A stretch of DNA of 63,335 nucleotides, filler included, from Octopus bimaculoides (taxonomy: Eukaryota): NCBI RefSeq assembly GCF_001194135.2. It is 4 parts of 4 records of this genome, joined end to end, with 100 filler letters (N's around TTAATTAATTAA, not from the genome) between each part and the next. Parts side by side here need not be neighbours in the genome. Positions count along the whole stretch, not along the records: positions 51,293 to 63,335 come from NC_068981.1; 3 more parts are not named here. One strand, given 5' to 3'. The notes beneath the pieces are model-generated. The model was not told the origin of the DNA, did not search any database, and was given only the letters and a program-made list of their open reading frames with translations. This document shows positions 52,509 through 63,335 of the stretch, piece after piece; position 1 is the first letter of the stretch; each line of letters starts with the position of its first letter. Position numbers and translations under genes: made by a program.

Positions 52509-53052
52509 TATACACACATACATATATATGTATATAAATATATACATATATATACTGTGTGTGTGTGTGTATATATATAGGTATGTATATATTCTTTTAT
52601 TTTTTCATTTGTTTCAGTCATTTGACTGAGTCCATACTGGAGCACCGCCTTTAGTCGAACAAATCGACCCCAGGACTTATTCTTTGTAAGCCTTGTACTT
52701 ATTCTATCGGTAGTACTGATTTATGAAAATGCCTATAGAACTGATCTATTCTGATATACCAATAAAACTTTAATCGTATTCTTCTGATCCGTCTATGCAA
52801 TAAAGAGGATCAATTTCATCATTTGGCGAAGCTGCTCGTTGGGAACAGTAAACTGACAGAGTTCTTTATCGATCTAAGATATCGCTAACTATTGTTGAAA
52901 GAATTACGGGTGTATTCCTAAAAACACTGGGAACAAACAATGTTCCACATATTTCCTCACATTTCTTTCTTTCATAAGGCCTCATTATACAAGACTGGGG
53001 TCTTGAAATGCACTTGTACACATGCTAACATACGGGCAACATGCATACATAC

Positions 53053-53088
<36 letters not shown>

Positions 53089-53513
53089 ACGTGCGTTAAT
53101 ACATACAGACACATATTCACGTGTATAAACAGACACGCACATTAACTGATGTGATTATATTTTGTTGAGTGACAAGCGTACATGCATTTATTTAAGTTTG
53201 CAGAGTGCAAAATTTGTTTGCGTGCAATATTAAATTGGTTATTAGCGAAAAGAGGAAAGAAGGCTCCATTAAGTAGCAGAAACAGCAGTAGCAAGAACAA
53301 TCAGAAAGACAAAAAGACAACTAAACAACAGCAATAATGTTGATATTAGTATTTAAAGACCTCTTTTTTTTTATATATATATATATATTTCCCACAAGGG
53401 CAAGACAGACAATTACAGAACATTAAAGTACACAAGCAAATAACAAAACTGAAAAAACAAAAATCATGCACGCACGCACGCACACACACATTTAGATATA
53501 TATTATGCATATG

Positions 53514-53544
<31 letters not shown>

Positions 53545-54494
53545 ATGTGCGTGTGTGTGCGTGTGTGTGTGTGTGTGTGCATGTATATGTGTATGTATAT
53601 ATCTGTATACACACACCCATATATATTTGCGTATATGTATCTATGTATATATATATATATATATGTGNNNNNNNNNNNNNNNNNNNNNNNNNNNNNNNNN
53701 NNNNNNNNNNNNNNNNNNNNNNNNNNNNNNNNNNNNNNNNNNNNNNNNNNNNNNNNNNNNNNNNNNNNNNNNNNNNNNNNNNNNNNNNNNNNNNNNNNNN
53801 NNNNNNNNNNNNNNNNNNNNNNNNNNNNNNNNNNNNNNNNNNNNNNNNNNNNNNNNNNNNNNNNNNNNNNNNNNNNNNNNNNNNNNNNNNNNNNNNNNNN
53901 NNNNNNNNNNNNNNNNNNNNNNNNNNNNNNNNNNNNNNNNNNNNNNNNNNNNNNNNNNNNNNNNNNNNNNNNNNNNNNNNNNNNNNNNNNNNNTATATAA
54001 TATAATATAATATAAATAATATATAAATATATGCATACATCCATACATATATGTACATACCTACATATATATGTATATATACATGCATATATGGGCACAG
54101 GACATTAAAAAAACGTTGAACACAATGAGAAACGAAAACATAAAAGCGAAGACATAGAAAACGAACTTTTTTTCGAACAACGATAAAAAACAGAGAAACG
54201 AGACATGCAACATAAAGAGTATACCCCTTCGTCAGTTGTCCTTGTTTCATCTACTCCGTGTTACGAAGGCAAGAACAATACGCGACTTCGTTGAAACCGC
54301 CATTCCCGCAAAGCAAATTAAAGAAAATTTGGGATTTTTTGCGGAGGGTGAAAGTGTTAACAAGAAAAGGACAGTGAGAACAAGACAGTAAAAACAAACA
54401 CGGTGAGGGCTGTTGAGCGAAAACGATAGAAAAATTATTATGAACGCTAGGTAGACGAGCCGTGAGAGAAGAGAAGAAAGACACGTCTTTTCTT

Positions 54495-54525
<31 letters not shown>

Positions 54526-54602
54526 GTGTGTGTATGTGTGTATGTATGTATGTATTTGTGTATGTGTGTATATATATATATATGTATGTATGTGTGTATA
54601 TA

Positions 54603-54633
<31 letters not shown>

Positions 54634-54646
54634 GTGTGTGTGTGTG

Positions 54647-54860
54647 TTCAAATGTACAGAAAACAAATGACAAAGACAGGTGAGGGAACAACAAGCAGGT
54701 GCATTAGTTCGACACTCAGGAAGAATCGAAAAGTCTTTGACGTTTCGAGTCTACGGTCTTCGACTGAAAAGGATAAGAGGGAAAAAATGGAGAGAATGAA
54801 ACAAATGGGGAGAGAGAAGAAAAATTGCGTCGAGATTAACAGTTTAACATGATGAAATAC
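54647..54860 (-). mobile_element. Solo PLE terminal repeat with degenerate hammerhead (54734-54770)
   Basis: Aligns by eye with 38485-38660; CAGTCGA-A-GAC..CTC-GAAA-CG-TC-AAAG. Confidence 0.7.
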
Positions 54861-54894
54861 ATATATATATACATACATATATATATATTTATAT

Positions 54895-54925
<31 letters not shown>

Positions 54926-55019
54926 CACGTGTGTATATATGTATGTATGTATGTGTGTGTTTATGTGTGTGTATGTATATGGATGAGGCGAAAAGAAAGT
55001 GTCACACATTTTCCTATAG

Positions 55020-55375
55020 ACTACTACATAAGTATTTGGTCATCGAAAATGAACTGGCACTCCGTCGGTTACGACGACGAGGGTTCCAGTTGATCCGATC
55101 AACGGAACAGCCTGCTCGTGAGATTAACGTACAAGTGGTTGAGTACTCCACAGACAAGCGTACCCTTAACATAGTTACCAAGGGGTTTCAGAATAACACG
55201 TAATGTGACAAGGCTGGCCCTTTGAAACACAGGTACCACTCATTTTTGCCAGCTTTGTGGATTGGAGCAACGTGAAATAAAGTGCCTTGCTCAGGGACAC
55301 AACGCGCCGCCGGGGATCGAACTCACGACCTTATGATTGTGAACCGATTACTCTAACAACGAAGCCACGCACCTT
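55020..55375 (-). mobile_element. tRNA-derived SINE, CpG-intact
   Basis: Head GGTGCGTGGCTTCGTTGTTAG..GAGTTCGATCCCCGG, then TTGTGTCCCTGAGCAAGGCAC. Confidence 0.8.
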
Positions 55376-55556
55376 AAATGACATCAGTCACAATGTATAG
55401 CTCTGGCTTATGGTCGCATATGACGTACAATCTGTAGTTGGTCAGTGTTGATGAGACCCTTGGCGAATGAAATCAGTTGGGAACTCTTCAACATTTCTGA
55501 TGTTTCTGAAGTAAGTCCCGACGGAAAGGATTTTCTGTGCGTTTAGCTGTATCTCT

Positions 55557-55970
55557 CTACTCTTTACTCTTTTACTCTTTTATTTGTTTCAGTCATTTCA
55601 CTGCGGCCATGCTGGAGCACTGCCTTTAGTCGAGCAAATCGACCCCAGGACTTATTCTTTGGAAGCGTAGTACTTATTCTATCGGTTCCTTTTGCCGAAC
55701 CGCTAAGTTACGGGTACGTAAACACACCAGCATTGGTTGTCAAGCGATGTTGGGGGGGGGGGAACAAACACAAACACACACATATATATATACATATACA
55801 TATATACGACGGGCTTCTTTCAGTTTCCGTCTACCAAATCCACTCACAAGGCTTTGGTCGGCCCGAGGCTATAGTAGAAGAAACTTGCCCAAGGTGCTAC
55901 TCAGTGGGACTGAACCCGGAACCATGTGGTTGGTAAGCAAGCTACTTACCACCCAGCCACCCCTGCGCCT
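55557..55970 (-). mobile_element. Near-complete OR1-like tRNA/CORE SINE
   Basis: Reverse complement of 58152-58549 with few differences; (AGTAAAAG)n tail. Confidence 0.92.
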
Positions 55971-57744
55971 ATGGCAATTTAAGAACTATCTGCTCAGAAA
56001 AGTCGAAAATTAACAGCAAGCAACTGTTTCTAGGGTACAACCGGATGCATCTCCGGTGCTGTTGAAGGATATCGTTTCGTTTTCGATTCCAGGAAGCAAC
56101 TAGGAAGCCAAAGAGTTCCCTGCGCCCGACCATAACCATCAATGACACGCTGTTGTCTTGTAATTATAATCGGATGATGGAAAGCGGGCCGGGGTACCAT
56201 ATTACTATAGTCAGTGAGAAGGGCAAAGAAATTTGTTTTAGAAATGTAACATTCAAATGATGGATTGGTAGTAAAGACCATACGGGCAGTCTTTGAACTA
56301 TTACTGTGCAATTTTATAGAGAATATGGGAGATTTCTGACGTAATCCAGCCCTAAAGATTTTCTCACGCGCTAACGGATAGAACAATTTCATGGTGCAGC
56401 AGGAGATAAGTGTTATAGGGTGCTCTTGTCCAACATTCTTGGTGAATTCTTACACATGTGTGGTTGAGCAAACCTAAATGTTTTCCATTTTTTTTTACTT
56501 TATTCGTTTTAATTATAGCATGATTTATATAATTTATTACTAATTTTGCTTAAATTAATTTTTTAATATGATCTTTGTACAAAGTATTTATGTTTCTCTT
56601 TAATTTTATATAATTTTATCTTGTCAACCTTCATCCTCGCGTTTTGTAACCTCTCTGTTTTAATGATTTATTGTACGTATGAGCCCTTGCGGAAAATTTG
56701 AGAAAAGATTATTAAAATAAAGTGCCAGTCAAGTACTGGGGTCGATATAATCGACAAGCCTCATCCCCTAATTTCAGGTGTTGTACCTACAATAGAAAGT
56801 GTATTATTACGAGTGCTAAAATGTTCCTGGCTATAAGGGCATCAGGAAAGGCCTAGTTGGAGGCCCAACCTTCCGAGTTCCTTCCTTTACAGGGCTTAGA
56901 AAAACTGAAGAACCACTGCAATAAATCTGTGAATCTGAGGCTGGAATGTGTTGAATAAAATCATAATTAACTGATACTCCTGTATTTTCTTTTACCCAAA
57001 ATCAGGAGCTTTTCAGCACACCCTCGTTTTGAGTCAGAGAGTAGCACATGCCAGCAAAGTGACGCTGGGGTATAAATATACAAAGTCCAATATACCCATT
57101 ATGATTATCTGTCTAATAAAGGTACACCAGCCACATGCGTCACAATCACTATGTGTGCGACATGGTGATCTCATATCAAGATAAACACATTGCAGGAGGG
57201 GCTCACGTGTAGCTCATCTCCTTCAGAAGGTCTCCGAACAAGAATGATGAACTAAACACCCATATTTCCAGCGATGACTCATTCAAGCCTCAAAGAATCC
57301 CTCTCAATACATGGTTATGATGCTCCATCACTACTGCTCGTGGTCAGAAATGCACATATCGTCAGTCAATGAGAGACATGCTCAAGCAACTGACAAGCAG
57401 ATACGTGTTACTGAGCAGAATATTTGCTGTAGCTCATCTTTTATACCAAGGCAAAACAATGCACATAATAACACTTCCAATCAGTTAAGACCAAAAGCCA
57501 TGAGANNNNNNNNNNNNNNNNNNNNNNNNNNNNNNNNNNNNNNNNNNNNNNNNNNNNNNNNNNNNNNNNNNNNNNNNNNNNNNNNNNNNNNNNNNNNNNN
57601 NNNNNNNNNNNNNNNNNNNNNNNNNNNNNNNNNNNNNNNNNNNNNNNNNNNNGAAATATATGGTACCCTAGGCATAACACCTACATGAACTTCTAACTTG
57701 TTTGTCTCTTGAGGTCTCCAGGTGAGACTTGGATCCAACTTGTA

Positions 57745-57794
<50 letters not shown>

Positions 57795-57798
<4 letters not shown>

Positions 57799-58140
57799 CA
57801 TTATTATTATTATTATTCAGCATTTGGTGGTTTCAGGCAAATTTCTACTGCATCACCTGCTACACCTCCGTGTTGCTGGGGTGTGTTCAGCATTGTGTGT
57901 TCTTTTTTGTTGTTAGGAGTGTGCAAACTCTTTCCGGTGTTGTTTTACATCAGTTTCTTTTCCTTTTTTCTTCTTTTTTTTTTGAGGTATGGTGCAATCT
58001 TTTGTTGTATTAGTGTTTGCATTGTGTGTTGTGTCTGTTATGCGTTGGGTAATCGGATTGCTGGTGGTAGTTTATTTCATTGGTATATTTGCCGTATAGT
58101 GTATCTTGTGTTTGTGGACTGTTTTGTTTAAGTTGTATTA
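57795..58140 (-). mobile_element. Possible R4/Dong RT C-terminal fragment
   Basis: TGKSLHT..TPQQHGGVAG loosely resembles RKLLT..PRxxGGRGL. Confidence 0.4.
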
Positions 58141-58151
58141 TTAAATTGATA

Positions 58152-58549
58152 GGCGCAGGAGTGGCTGTGTGGTAAGTAGCTTGCTTACCAACCACATGGT
58201 CCCGGGTTCAGTCCCACTGCGTGGCACCTTGGGCAAGTGTCTTCTACTATAGCCTCGGGCCGACCAAAGCCTTGTGAGTGGATTTGGTAGACAGAAACCG
58301 AAAGAAGCCCGTCGTATATATGTATATGTATATATATATATGTGTGTGTCTGTTTGTCCCCCCAACATCGCTTGACAACCGATGCTGGTGTGTTTACGTC
58401 CCCGTAACATTAGCGGTTCGGCAAAAGAGACCGATAGAATAAGTACTAGGCTTACAAAGAATAAGTCCTGGGGTCGATTTGCTCGACTAAAGGCGGTGCT
58501 CCAGCATAGCCGCAGTCAAATGACTGAAACAAGTAAAAGAGTAAAAGAG
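58152..58549 (+). mobile_element. Near-complete OR1-like tRNA/CORE SINE
   Basis: A box TGGCTGTGTGG, B box GGTTCAGTCCC, CORE-like CACCTTGGGCAAGTGTCTT, internal (TA/TG)n, AGTAAAAG tail. Many decayed copies elsewhere, e.g. near 2460, 3660, 18985, 30470, 35880, 41280 and 52590. Confidence 0.92.
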
Positions 58550-58552
58550 TGT

Positions 58553-58785
58553 CTTGCGTAGAATGTGGGTTTTTCCTAGCAGGGCTATTTTTTGGATAGT
58601 GTGTAGTGTTGAGGATCCAGGTACAGCTTTTACGTTTTTGTTCATATGTTTATTCATCGTTACCAATGCTCCGATTATTACTAGTATTATTTTCAGCTTT
58701 ATATCCCACAAATACTTCAATTTCGAGGTTTCTTACTTTGACAATTTCTCCACATCTTTTTGGACAGAAGGTTACTGCTTAATAT
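58553..58785 (-). mobile_element. R4/Dong-clade LINE 3' fragment
   Basis: KYLWDIKLKIILVIIGAL..IQKIALLGKTHILRKTL. Confidence 0.8.
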
Positions 58786-58948
58786 CATTCTTCTTCTTCT
58801 TCTTCTTCTTCTTCTTCTTCTTCTTCTTCTTCTTCTTCTTCTTCTTCTTCTTCTTCTTCTTCTTCTTCTTCTTCTTCTTCTTCTTCTTCTTCGTCTTGTT
58901 CTTCTTCTTCTTCTTCTTCTTCTTCTTCTTCTTCTTCTTCTTCTTCTT

Positions 58949-58981
<33 letters not shown>

Positions 58982-59638
58982 ATTATTCNNNNNNNNNNNN
59001 NNNNNNNNNNNNNNNNNNNNNNNNNNNNNNNNNNNNNNNNNNNNNNNNNNNNNNNNNNNNNNNNNNNNNNNNNNNNNNNNNNNNNNNNNNNNNNNNNNNN
59101 NNNNNNNNNNNNNNNNNNNNNNNNNNNNNNNNNNNNNNNNNNNNNNNNNNNNNNNNNNNNNNNNNNNNNNNNNNNNNNNNNNNNNNNNNNNNNNNNNNNN
59201 NNNNNNNNNNNNNNNNNNNNNNNNNNNNNNNNNNNNNNNNNNNNNNNNNNNNNNNNNNNNNNNNNNNNNNNNNNNNNNNNNNNNNNNNNNNNNNNNNNNN
59301 NNNNNNNNNNNNNNNNNNNNNNNNNNNNNNNNNNNNNNNNNNNNNNNNNNNNNNNNNNNNNNNNNNNNNNNNNNNNNNNNNNNNNNNNNNNNNNNNNNNN
59401 NNNNNNNNNNNNNNNNNNNNNNNNNNNNNNNNNNNNNNNNNNNNNNNNNNNNNNNNNNNNNNNNNNNNNNNNNNNNNNNNNNNNNNNNNNNNNNNNNNNN
59501 NNNNNNNNNNNNNNNNNNNNNNNNNNNNNNNNNNNNNNNNNNNNNNNNNNNNNNNNNNNNNNNNNNNNNNNNNNNNNNNNNNNNNNNNNNNNNNNNNNNN
59601 NNNNNNNNNNNNNNNNNNNNNNNNNNNNNNNGTATTTA

Positions 59639-59690
<52 letters not shown>

Positions 59691-60243
59691 TATTATTAAG
59701 CTGATTAAGTAGAATCGTTAGCACGTAGGACGAAATGCTTAGTAGTGTTTCTTCCACTTTTACGTTATGAGTTTAAATTCCACCAAGGTCGTATTCGTCA
59801 ATTTTTCTTTCAAGGTCGATAAAATAAGTATCAGTTGAGCAATGGGATTGATGTAATCGACTAGCTGCCTCCAACCAAAGTTCCAAGCCTTGTGCCTATA
59901 ATAGAAAGCATCCTGCTCCTGGTCCCCCCTCTGCCCCTCCTCGTCGTCGTCGTCGTCATCATCATCATCATCTTCATCATCATCATCATCATCAGGGTAA
60001 GCTATGCTAACGAACTGCAAGAATGCAGTATTACTTAAAATTGTAAATGAGTGGCAGGATATGCGCAAGCGTTTGTATGCTTGTTTGGTTTTATATGCTT
60101 ATTTTTTTTTGTTTTTTACGTTTTGTTTTTAACTGGTTGTAGCTTGTTGGTATTGGGGTTGGTGGTGAGGTGAGACGAGTGTTTAGTCATTACTTTTGGT
60201 TATTATTATTATTATCATTATTATTATAATTATTATTATTATA

Positions 60244-60306
<63 letters not shown>

Positions 60307-60874
60307 TCTGCGCCAAGAAACAAGTCATTAGGTACAGGATGCAGCGTACTAATCGTCCGGTAGGGTCTGTCTGCATAAATACCATTTTCTTTTTTATTTT
60401 GTTTAGTTCAGTATGTAACATGGCATATCTGTTTGTCTGTCTGTCTGTCCGTCATTATCTCAGTCTGTATTACCTGTCATTTCAGTCTGCTTAGTTTCAT
60501 ATTTATGTGTTTTCTCATCTTGGCTGCTCTTCCATTAGCTATTTGGCCCAGTTATCCATGACTTTGTCGTTAGTTTTTTCCTTTCTATCGTCTTTCACAC
60601 TATTAATTCGTCTGTTCGCATTTCAGTTTGCCAAGCCTATTGGTTTACTTGACAATCCAAAGGACAACCAACCCAACGGCCCGTAGCCCTGCCATCGTCA
60701 GCGCAATGAATTGTCCATGACCAATATGCTTAGCGTTCAATACCTAAGTCCACCTCGCTGTATGTTACACAATGTGGTAATCGTTCTGTAATTAGAAGCA
60801 ACATTGTAAAATTGAAGAATGTTTCGTTAGTGCGCAATGCTGACTTCATTTTTAATATGCATTGACAAACGAAG

Positions 60875-61085
60875 GTAGTGAACTGGTAAAATCGTTAGTT
60901 CACCGGACAAAATGCTTAGCAACATTTTGTCCGTCTTTGCGTTCTGAGTTGAAGTTCCGTCGAGGTCGACTTTGCCTTTCATCCTTTCGACGTCGATAAA
61001 ATAAGTACCAGTTGTGTACTAGGGTCGATGTAATCGACTTACCCTTTCTCCAGAAATTGCTGGCCTTGTACCAAAATCTGAAACC
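60875..61085 (+). mobile_element. OR2-like SINE (others near 1375, 15605, 17680, 32800, 33000, 52010 and 59700)
   Basis: GGTAGTGAACTGGTAAAATCGTTAG..GAGGTCGACTTTGCCTTTCATCC..GGGTCGATGTAATCGACT. Confidence 0.9.
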
Positions 61086-61114
61086 GACGTGTATTGACAA
61101 ACGATATTCTAGGT

Positions 61115-61463
61115 CAGGGGTTCTTAACCATTTTCTGTCTATGGGCCCCTGTGATTACTATTTTATTCTGGTAGACCCCCATAACCATTCAATGTTTAAA
61201 ATCTAGTTTTATAGATACTTCTTCCAATATTCCTATTTTGTTTTTCACACATTAACTTGTGTAAGTTGAATTATGTAAAATGTTAGAAAAAGAAACCAAA
61301 CTGTTTCTTGCAATACATACCAATACATACAGCTAAAGCAAATTTTTTTCAGAGACCCTTAAAATACTATTGTGAATCCCCCAATTTACTACTTTACTGC
61401 GTGGAGCCCAAAAATCTTATAAGGACCCTCTGGGACAATATGGACTCCGGTTGAAAACCACTG
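61115..61463. mobile_element. hAT (Charlie-like) MITE with TIRs and 8-bp TSD
   Basis: TIRs CAGGGGTTCTTAACC / GGTTGAAAACCACTG; TSD TTCTAGGT (61107-61114) and TTCTAGGC (61464-61471), close to the NTCTAGAN preference of Charlie elements. Confidence 0.85.
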
Positions 61464-62147
61464 TTCTAGGCCCTTTTAATGTTAATGCATAAACCTTTTT
61501 GTGCTATAACAAAAGGGTTGAGGTAGATTCGTGTTTTCCTTCTATATCTAACTTTCAGTAAGCTAGCTTGTCCGTTGCTGCTTTTATCTATCAGTTGACA
61601 CGGCTATATATCACGCGATGCATTTATGATGTTGTTTTATTTGTCTGTCTGGGTAAAATTATATATTCGATTTTCGTTTTATGTTGTTTGTCTTTGCATC
61701 TTTATTCCTTTGTCGCTTTGTCTATATTCATCTAAGATCTATTCTATATTCATCTATAATATTCGCGTATTTAACTATAATAAATGCACAATTCAAATTT
61801 TAAAAATAGGCATGTTACTCACAAAGACACAAAAACACATGCATATACACGTATGCACATACACACATAGCCACACACGCGCACATACGTATATAGAAAC
61901 ATTTTTTCTGTATTTCAAAGTTATTTTGTTTGTCGCTTTATCTTTTGGCCACTTTAAAAATGTTACTGTATCTTTGTTTTAGTCTCTCACTTTGTCAGTT
62001 TGAGTGTGTGTGTGTGTGTGTTAGTGCGCACGCCTGTGTATTCGGCCTATTTCGACCTATCTTCTCTATTTATGTTTTTTCGTTTGTAACTTTTCTGTCA
62101 TTTCATTGAAGGACACCCTTTAACTGTCATTATAATCCAGTGACCTA

Positions 62148-62455
62148 TGCTGCTCAAGCGGAAAGGTTCACTTGCTTGACCTGCAAAACACTCCTCAGCT
62201 TTTCTTCGCTTTACTCTTTGGTCAACACCCTGAGTCGCAGCAATTTATACAGAAAATTCGTGCTTATAACTCTGCCTTCCAGATGACAAGTTTCGGTCAC
62301 AAACCTATGCACAAAGACTCCTATATACTAACGTTCAAAATTCAGGGCCAAACCTATCATCGGATAGGCTCTATTCTTCCTGTCAACAAGGCTGAACACT
62401 GATTTCTTCAAATTTAATTCATGGGAGATACCACTGAGCCAACAGCTCGCTGAGC
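62148..62455 (+). mobile_element. Helitron Rep/Hel N-terminal fragment
   Basis: CCSSGKV..IRAYNSAFQMTSFG..TFKIQGQTYHRIGSILP..FLQI*F, a characteristic Helitron motif set; stops present. Confidence 0.88.
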
Positions 62456-62552
62456 TCAGGTGGCACCTGGAACAAAGTGAAAAAATACCACCAAAGCAAC
62501 TTAAACCATCCAAAGGACGGGTGTGTTTGCTAATATATATATGTGTGTGTGT

Positions 62553-63098
62553 GTTAAATAAAATGAGACACCAAAGCCAAGGCAGTGTGAAATTTCTTGG
62601 ACATTTATAAAGAGAAACGTAATCTTACAGCTGTTTCAGAGATATAAAGGATATCCCATCATCAGAGATGATATGAGAGAGTTAAACAGAAGGAAATAGT
62701 AGAGTTCAGTCTAAGAAGCTATTTTAGAAAGGTAGAGATATAGAAAGCATAAAGGAAAATATGAAAATAAAAATGAAAACATATGATGGATGTTACAGTT
62801 GCAGTTCCATTATCCAAGGAATGTGCTGTGTAGAATGGGTAATGGAACTGCAACTGTAACATGCAACATATGTTTTTATTTTTATTCTCATATTTCCCTT
62901 AATAATTCCTATATCTCACTCTTTCCAAAATAACTTCTCACATTGAACTCTACTATTTCCTTGTATTTAACTCTCTCATATCGTCTCTGATGATGGGATA
63001 TCCTTATATCCCCGAAACAGCTGTAAGGCTACCTTTCTTTTACTAAATGTCCTAGAAATTTCACACTGCCTTGGCTTTGTTGTCTCATTTTATTTAAC
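62553..63098. repeat. Long inverted repeat (~260-bp arms, ~19-bp spacer), PLE terminal-repeat-like
   Basis: 62553-62816 versus 62836-63098, diverged but colinear; each arm has a hammerhead motif. Confidence 0.9.
62983..63029 (+). ncRNA. Minimal type I hammerhead ribozyme (partner 62622-62669, minus)
   Basis: GTCT-CTGATGA-TGGGATAT-cctt-ATATCCCC-GAAA-CAGCTG-TA-AGGC; 7-bp helix II with a U.C mismatch at 10.1-11.1; palindrome ACAGCTGT; predicted cleavage after 63025. Confidence 0.8.
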
Positions 63099-63229
63099 AT
63101 ATCCCGCTCACACACGACCCAATGTTAGACTCCTCACTCATACTATTATCGAACCGGGAGTCTAACAGCGGTCCTTCCGTAGCACTTACATAGCCTTACC
63201 TGTCTTTGGATTTTCTGAATACCAAAACG

Positions 63230-63269
<40 letters not shown>

Positions 63270-63290
63270 GATGTTTAAGGTCATCGAGGT

Positions 63291-63335
63291 TATTGGGTTG
63301 CGGTGGAACATAAACGCGATTTTTTACATATGTCC
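63291..63335 (+). mobile_element. Possible mariner left TIR at the window edge
   Basis: TA-TTGGGTTGCGGTGGAACATAAACGCGATTTTT resembles mariner TIR starts. Confidence 0.35.

Noticed and set aside
54225-54270. Minus-strand CTGACGA as a hammerhead core
   Set aside because: No correctly placed GAAA or helices; part of another dispersed repeat.
58152-58230. tRNA gene
   Set aside because: A/B boxes belong to SINE heads and continue into SINE body; no clear cloverleaf.
1-63335. Long low-complexity ORFs (poly-CV/YI/HT, D/E, I, L, S, X)
   Set aside because: Translations of microsatellites and N gaps, not genes.

Overview
AT-rich eukaryotic DNA dominated by microsatellites and transposon debris. The SINE families and repeat content look like an octopus (cephalopod) genome; this is inferred from recognised repeat sequences, not from a search. 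No intact protein-coding gene, rRNA, tRNA gene or CRISPR array is supported, and nearly all long ORFs in the track come from simple repeats or N gaps. Recognisable content: many tRNA-derived SINEs of at least three families, R4/Dong-clade LINE remnants sitting in (TAA)n tracts, Penelope-like element (PLE) fragments, RTE/CRE/I-group LINE bits, mariner, hAT, piggyBac and Helitron remnants, and a 60-bp interstitial telomeric array. The most interesting signal is a set of minimal type I hammerhead ribozyme motifs from several unrelated PLE-type terminal repeats, often inside long inverted repeats. One (10365-10403, mirrored at 10312-10350) has a compensatory U3-A8 core and sits in a near-perfect 365-bp palindrome. 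CpG density rises around 34-36 kb, near a promoter-like segment but also near an artificial scaffold join. Three 100-bp N44-TTAATTAATTAA-N44 spacers are assembly joins, so contiguity across them is uncertain. Coordinates of decayed elements are approximate.
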